Shown here piece after piece: positions 60,479-64,000 of a stretch of 64,000 bases of DNA. Position numbers and translations under genes: made by a program. Within the stretch, counting starts at the first letter, position 1; each line of letters opens with the position of its first letter. Source of the stretch: Pseudovirgaria hyperparasitica. Lineage: Eukaryota. The notes beneath the pieces were generated by a model. The model did not search any database and was not told the origin of the DNA. It saw only the letters and a list, made by a program, of their open reading frames with translations. The stretch is from NCBI GenBank assembly GCA_010093815.1, contig ML996570.1. One strand, written 5' to 3'.

Positions 60479-62940
60479 CATGACAAGGCGATCCAAGCAA
60501 ACAGACAGCAGACGCGCCGGGGGAGAGAACCCCAGCCCAGCTGGCTCTGGGCAAAGGGTTCTCTCCAGGAAGTTGAACGAGTTGCCGTCCACGGGGCGTG
60601 GAACGCTGCTCTTGTTCAACAAGGTCTCTGGTCGAATGGGACCAGGGCCTACGCAAGAGCAGTTGCAGCAATGGGCTGCAGTAAGGGCCGCAGATTTAGA
60701 CGGCAAGTATCCCCGACCTCATTTCCAATATCACAGTATCTTCAGTTTCTAGTCGCCGAGACAGTCTGTTTCTTGTATAGCCAACAGAGGGTTTTGAAGC
60801 GATGGCAGTTCTTGAAGGTGGTCTGTCTTCATGCAGATGGCGCTAAATCGGACGCGTCTTGCGCTAGGCAGCTTAAGCTCCGCGAAGTGGCTGGAACCTT
60901 GAAAGACGTGGCTAACAGCTTATATTTGTAGGCTACGCATCATCTCTCCTCGCGCAACACAACGTTGTCGTGCCTTCACCCGAAGGCGAACTCTTGTACA
61001 CCAAAGACGCCATAGCAGCGTTAGTTGAGGCGCACAACGCTTCGGAAACGAAGCCAGATCCACCCTCCCAGCCAGCCGGATCTCCAAGCTCGAGTTCGGG
61101 GAACAGCAAGGGGAAAGACCCTTGTTTCGACCAGCTCATCGAGTCTTCACGCCTTCCAAAAGGACGACAGGTGTCTCTCCTTTCCCCAGACCAGATCCTG
61201 AGTACCATCACTACCAGTATCCATCCACGTCGTGCGCCAATCATGGCAGACCTCGAAGAAGAACAGAAGAAGAAGGCTCGAGAGATCGAGGAGCTACAGG
61301 CCCAACTTACAACGGCGCGAGAACAACTGACGGTGCTTGAAGGCACCAATTCGCGACTTGAGGAGCGTCTCAGCGGCAACGACAGCACTGTTTCAGAGCT
61401 CCAAAGGATCATATCGAATCAGGAGGGCAAAATCCAGCAGCAAGAAAGCAATGCGCGGCAGCGAGAACAAGAGCTCAGTCATCGCGACGAGCAGATCCGA
61501 CTGCAGGAGGCCACACTGGGGGAACTGAACGAAAAGATCGGTGAGCTTGAAGGTGATGTCAGCACTCTCAAGGACGATCTTCGGTCTGAACGAAAGAGCT
61601 TCGCATTGGAGAAAGATCACAACCAGAGAGAAGTCGGCAACTTGAAGGATGAGATTGCCAAGCGTGGAGAAGAGTTCGATAACCTTGCGCAGCGTCTAGA
61701 GAAAGAGCAGTACAATCTCTCCCAGGAGCGAACCGCACATCAAACCGCAAGGGAGTTTTTGGAAGAGGTGCGGCAAACAAATACGACGTACAAAGATCAG
61801 ATCATTTTCCAGCAAGGGAAGATCAGTGAGCTTGAGGAAGCTGGGAACAGTAGCCGTAATATGAAGAAGCAGAACGACGCACTTCTCGACGAGCAAGAGA
61901 GTTTCAGTGTCAAGGTCAAGGCTTTGGAAGAAGAAGTGGAGAATCTACAAGAGCAATTGGAAGCCAGCCATGGGCAGCTAAAAGAGAAGAATGACGAATA
62001 TGATAGCCTCCGCACCGAGTCCAGAGCTTTACGCTCACGTATCGACGAGATGGACATCGAAAAGTCACGCTTTGACCGCGATCGCTTGAACTTTCAGACT
62101 CAGGTCACCACTTTACAGGCGCAGCTCGCCGAGCGCTCCAAGGCCATCGACACTGAGGACACCGGCCTTTTCACACCGCCACCACCTACCCCACCTCCTT
62201 TGAACAGAATGAACAGCCTTGCAGACGAGCTCTCAGGACAAAGCGACGACGAAGAAGAGGACGAAGAGGACGGGAATTCGCTGGCCGAAACCGTGAACAT
62301 CGATATGATTGAGCACGAGACGCAGACTGACCCTGAGCCAATCGTTGAGCCACCTAGCCTGAAGAGCAGTGTTCTCACTATTGTCTCCTCGGAGCCTCTC
62401 GACGCACCAGCACCCCCAGAGCCGATCATAGAGCGTCTGACTCCAAGTGGCGTTCGTGAAACAGTATCTTCTGTCCCTGTTGCAGTAACACCGCCCTCAG
62501 CACCGATCATACCCAAGCCCGTGGCGCTACCTGTCGCTCATACGAAGTCGAAGAGCTGGTCTCCTATCTCAAATCCCTACGATACCTTGTGGTATCTTGG
62601 CGCAACTCTCATCAGCTTGTTGTTGGTCCTCATGGCGTCCCAGACCATAGAATACCAAGCTTTCAACTCGCCATCACCCTCCACCCCGTTGCGAATTCTA
62701 CACGCCACAGCTTCGCCGGTGATCTCTGTCTTTCACGCCTTCCCATCAGCACGCGTCTTACCGATTGGATTCAGCAACACGCCTCTTTCGCGGGCAGGAA
62801 GTCACGGAATGGGAAGTTGGGCCGGTGGACTTGTACCCGTTGGGTTTACTGAGAGTTACTTGGACCCGGGATATATGTTTGGCGAATGGATGATCTGGGC
62901 AGAAAGGGTGTTGGGTGTGGATCGTGGAGCTTTGACTTGA
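60479..62940 (+). CDS. Coiled-coil protein with C-terminal TM segment; 5' exon structure uncertain
   Basis: About 300 aa of E/Q/K/L-rich heptads, then a Pro/acidic linker and TM WYLGATLISLLLVLMA. A clear acceptor (GCTAAC..TGTAG) at 60931 implies an upstream exon, probably starting MTRRSKQ at 60479. Confidence 0.7.
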
Positions 62941-63448
62941 GCTCGAAGCAATGTGGTTGGGTTGGATGGACATGGACCGTCTTTTTTTCTCTGAAGTAAG
63001 CGAATGTTTTAGATACCCGGTCGTTGATTTACTCTTTCTCCGTCAGGAGTATTGTTGGAGCGGCGGAAGACTGCCGTTGCTGTATCGCTGTCGGCCCTTC
63101 TGGACGAGTTTATGCTTAGTTACGCGGAGATGGTCATGGACGGCGATCTTCGTTGAGAATGAGACTTTATTGCTTGCCTTCAACACAACTTTCTTTCGCT
63201 GACATATGGCACTATATTTACTCCAGATTTCCATTTCACCCGTCTGCATCGTCTATATTATACTAGAGATCCAAGACTTTAAGCTCCTGTTCGGGCACAA
63301 CGTTTAGTCTACATTGAATGAGTTGATGCTGCTACATGGATGACTTTCGTTGAAACATATTCTGTTCGCGTCTTGAGTAATAACTGGGCAGCCGATATGA
63401 TCAATGTCAGTTCCATTGTCGATAGAGAGAGTCTAGCTCAGTAGGGAG

Positions 63449-63868
63449 ACGCGTCTAGTGAAGGCTTGACAGGTAGGCGACGCGAGTAGAAGTTGCGGAA
63501 CGACTTCGGATCGTGGAAAAGGGCGCTAGCCAAGTGCAAGTGCTCGCAAAACGCACGGGCCAACTTTGCAGCCAACAAAGGTTGCAAAGAAGTGACGGAA
63601 AGCAGTCGCTCTTTCCAGCTTAATTGCACCACGCGCTTTTGCAGGCAGCCTCCGACGTTGTTGATGCTGGATTGATGTTCTTGCGCGCTTGCCCCGTTTA
63701 GTCACACGTGTCTTCGCTCGTCGCTCCTACCCTCCGTGCTCCCCATTATATAACCCTTTCCCCCCTCGTGCTTTCTGCCACTTGTTTTCTTCCCTTCTCC
63801 TCCTTCTTCCCATCCCCAAACTCAACTTCGCCATCAATATTCCATCCATATCTCGACCACCAACGCGT
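63449..63868 (+). promoter_or_regulatory. Promoter with MCB-like ACGCG(T) elements and a TATA box
   Basis: ACGCGT at 63449 and 63863, further ACGCG cores near 63480 and 63631, TTATATAA near 63745. Confidence 0.45.
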
Positions 63869-63915
63869 ATTCCATCGACTTTTCCACTTCAAATAACTCA
63901 TCTTACTAATTCAAG

Positions 63916-64000
63916 ATGACTGGACGTAAGTATTATTCTCTTTGTTGTCATTCTTGACATTACTGTCGCGGTTTTTTTGGTGTTGCAGCCAACGCCACTT
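63916..64000 (+). CDS. Probable histone H4, first micro-exon (MTG R|intron), truncated by window end
   Basis: TTCAAG ATG ACT GGA C|GTAAGT matches the MTGR start and early intron of filamentous-fungal H4 genes. TATA-like TTATATAA ~63745, pyrimidine-rich leader and ACGCGT sites upstream. Only 10 coding nt are visible. Confidence 0.5.

Noticed and set aside
60970..62940. Coiled-coil plus TM protein as a KASH/nuclear-envelope protein
   Set aside because: The post-TM tail is ~95 aa, much longer than canonical KASH tails, and lacks a terminal PPPX-like motif.
1..64000. Transposons, RIP-degraded AT-rich blocks, tRNA/rRNA genes
   Set aside because: No transposase, RT or integrase motifs, terminal repeats, strongly AT-rich blocks or cloverleaf signatures were seen by eye. 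Small ncRNAs cannot be excluded without a covariance-model search.

Overview
Intron-containing genomic DNA from a filamentous ascomycete (Pezizomycotina). Evidence: short GT-AG introns with CTRAC branch points and fungal-specific gene families. About 20 protein-coding genes; no rRNA, tRNA, CRISPR array or intact transposon was recognised. In order: SREBP (srbA/sre1, minus) is divergent from the GATA factor nsdD/sub-1 across ~5.8 kb. A ~6 kb microsatellite-rich non-coding tract follows. Next is an accessory-looking block (17.4-27.5 kb): a ~1080-aa secreted PAN/Apple + phospholipase A2 + Stig1-like + CBM-like mosaic protein, an APH-like kinase, two tandem paralogous H-H-C permuted papain-like proteins with homologous promoters, and an FAD oxidoreductase. 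Then a large R/D/P-rich protein with a candidate 939-nt stop-free in-frame intron (exitron). Then a four-gene putative sugar-acid catabolic cluster (2-hydroxyacid dehydrogenase, SDR, Zn2Cys6 factor, MFS transporter), an orphan repeat gene, DNA polymerase eta and an SDR. The window ends with transaldolase-SOD1-Tudor-SN, a His-rich PPxY membrane protein, a coiled-coil membrane protein and the probable first exon of histone H4. Gene models were spliced by eye, and family calls come from motif recognition rather than database searches.
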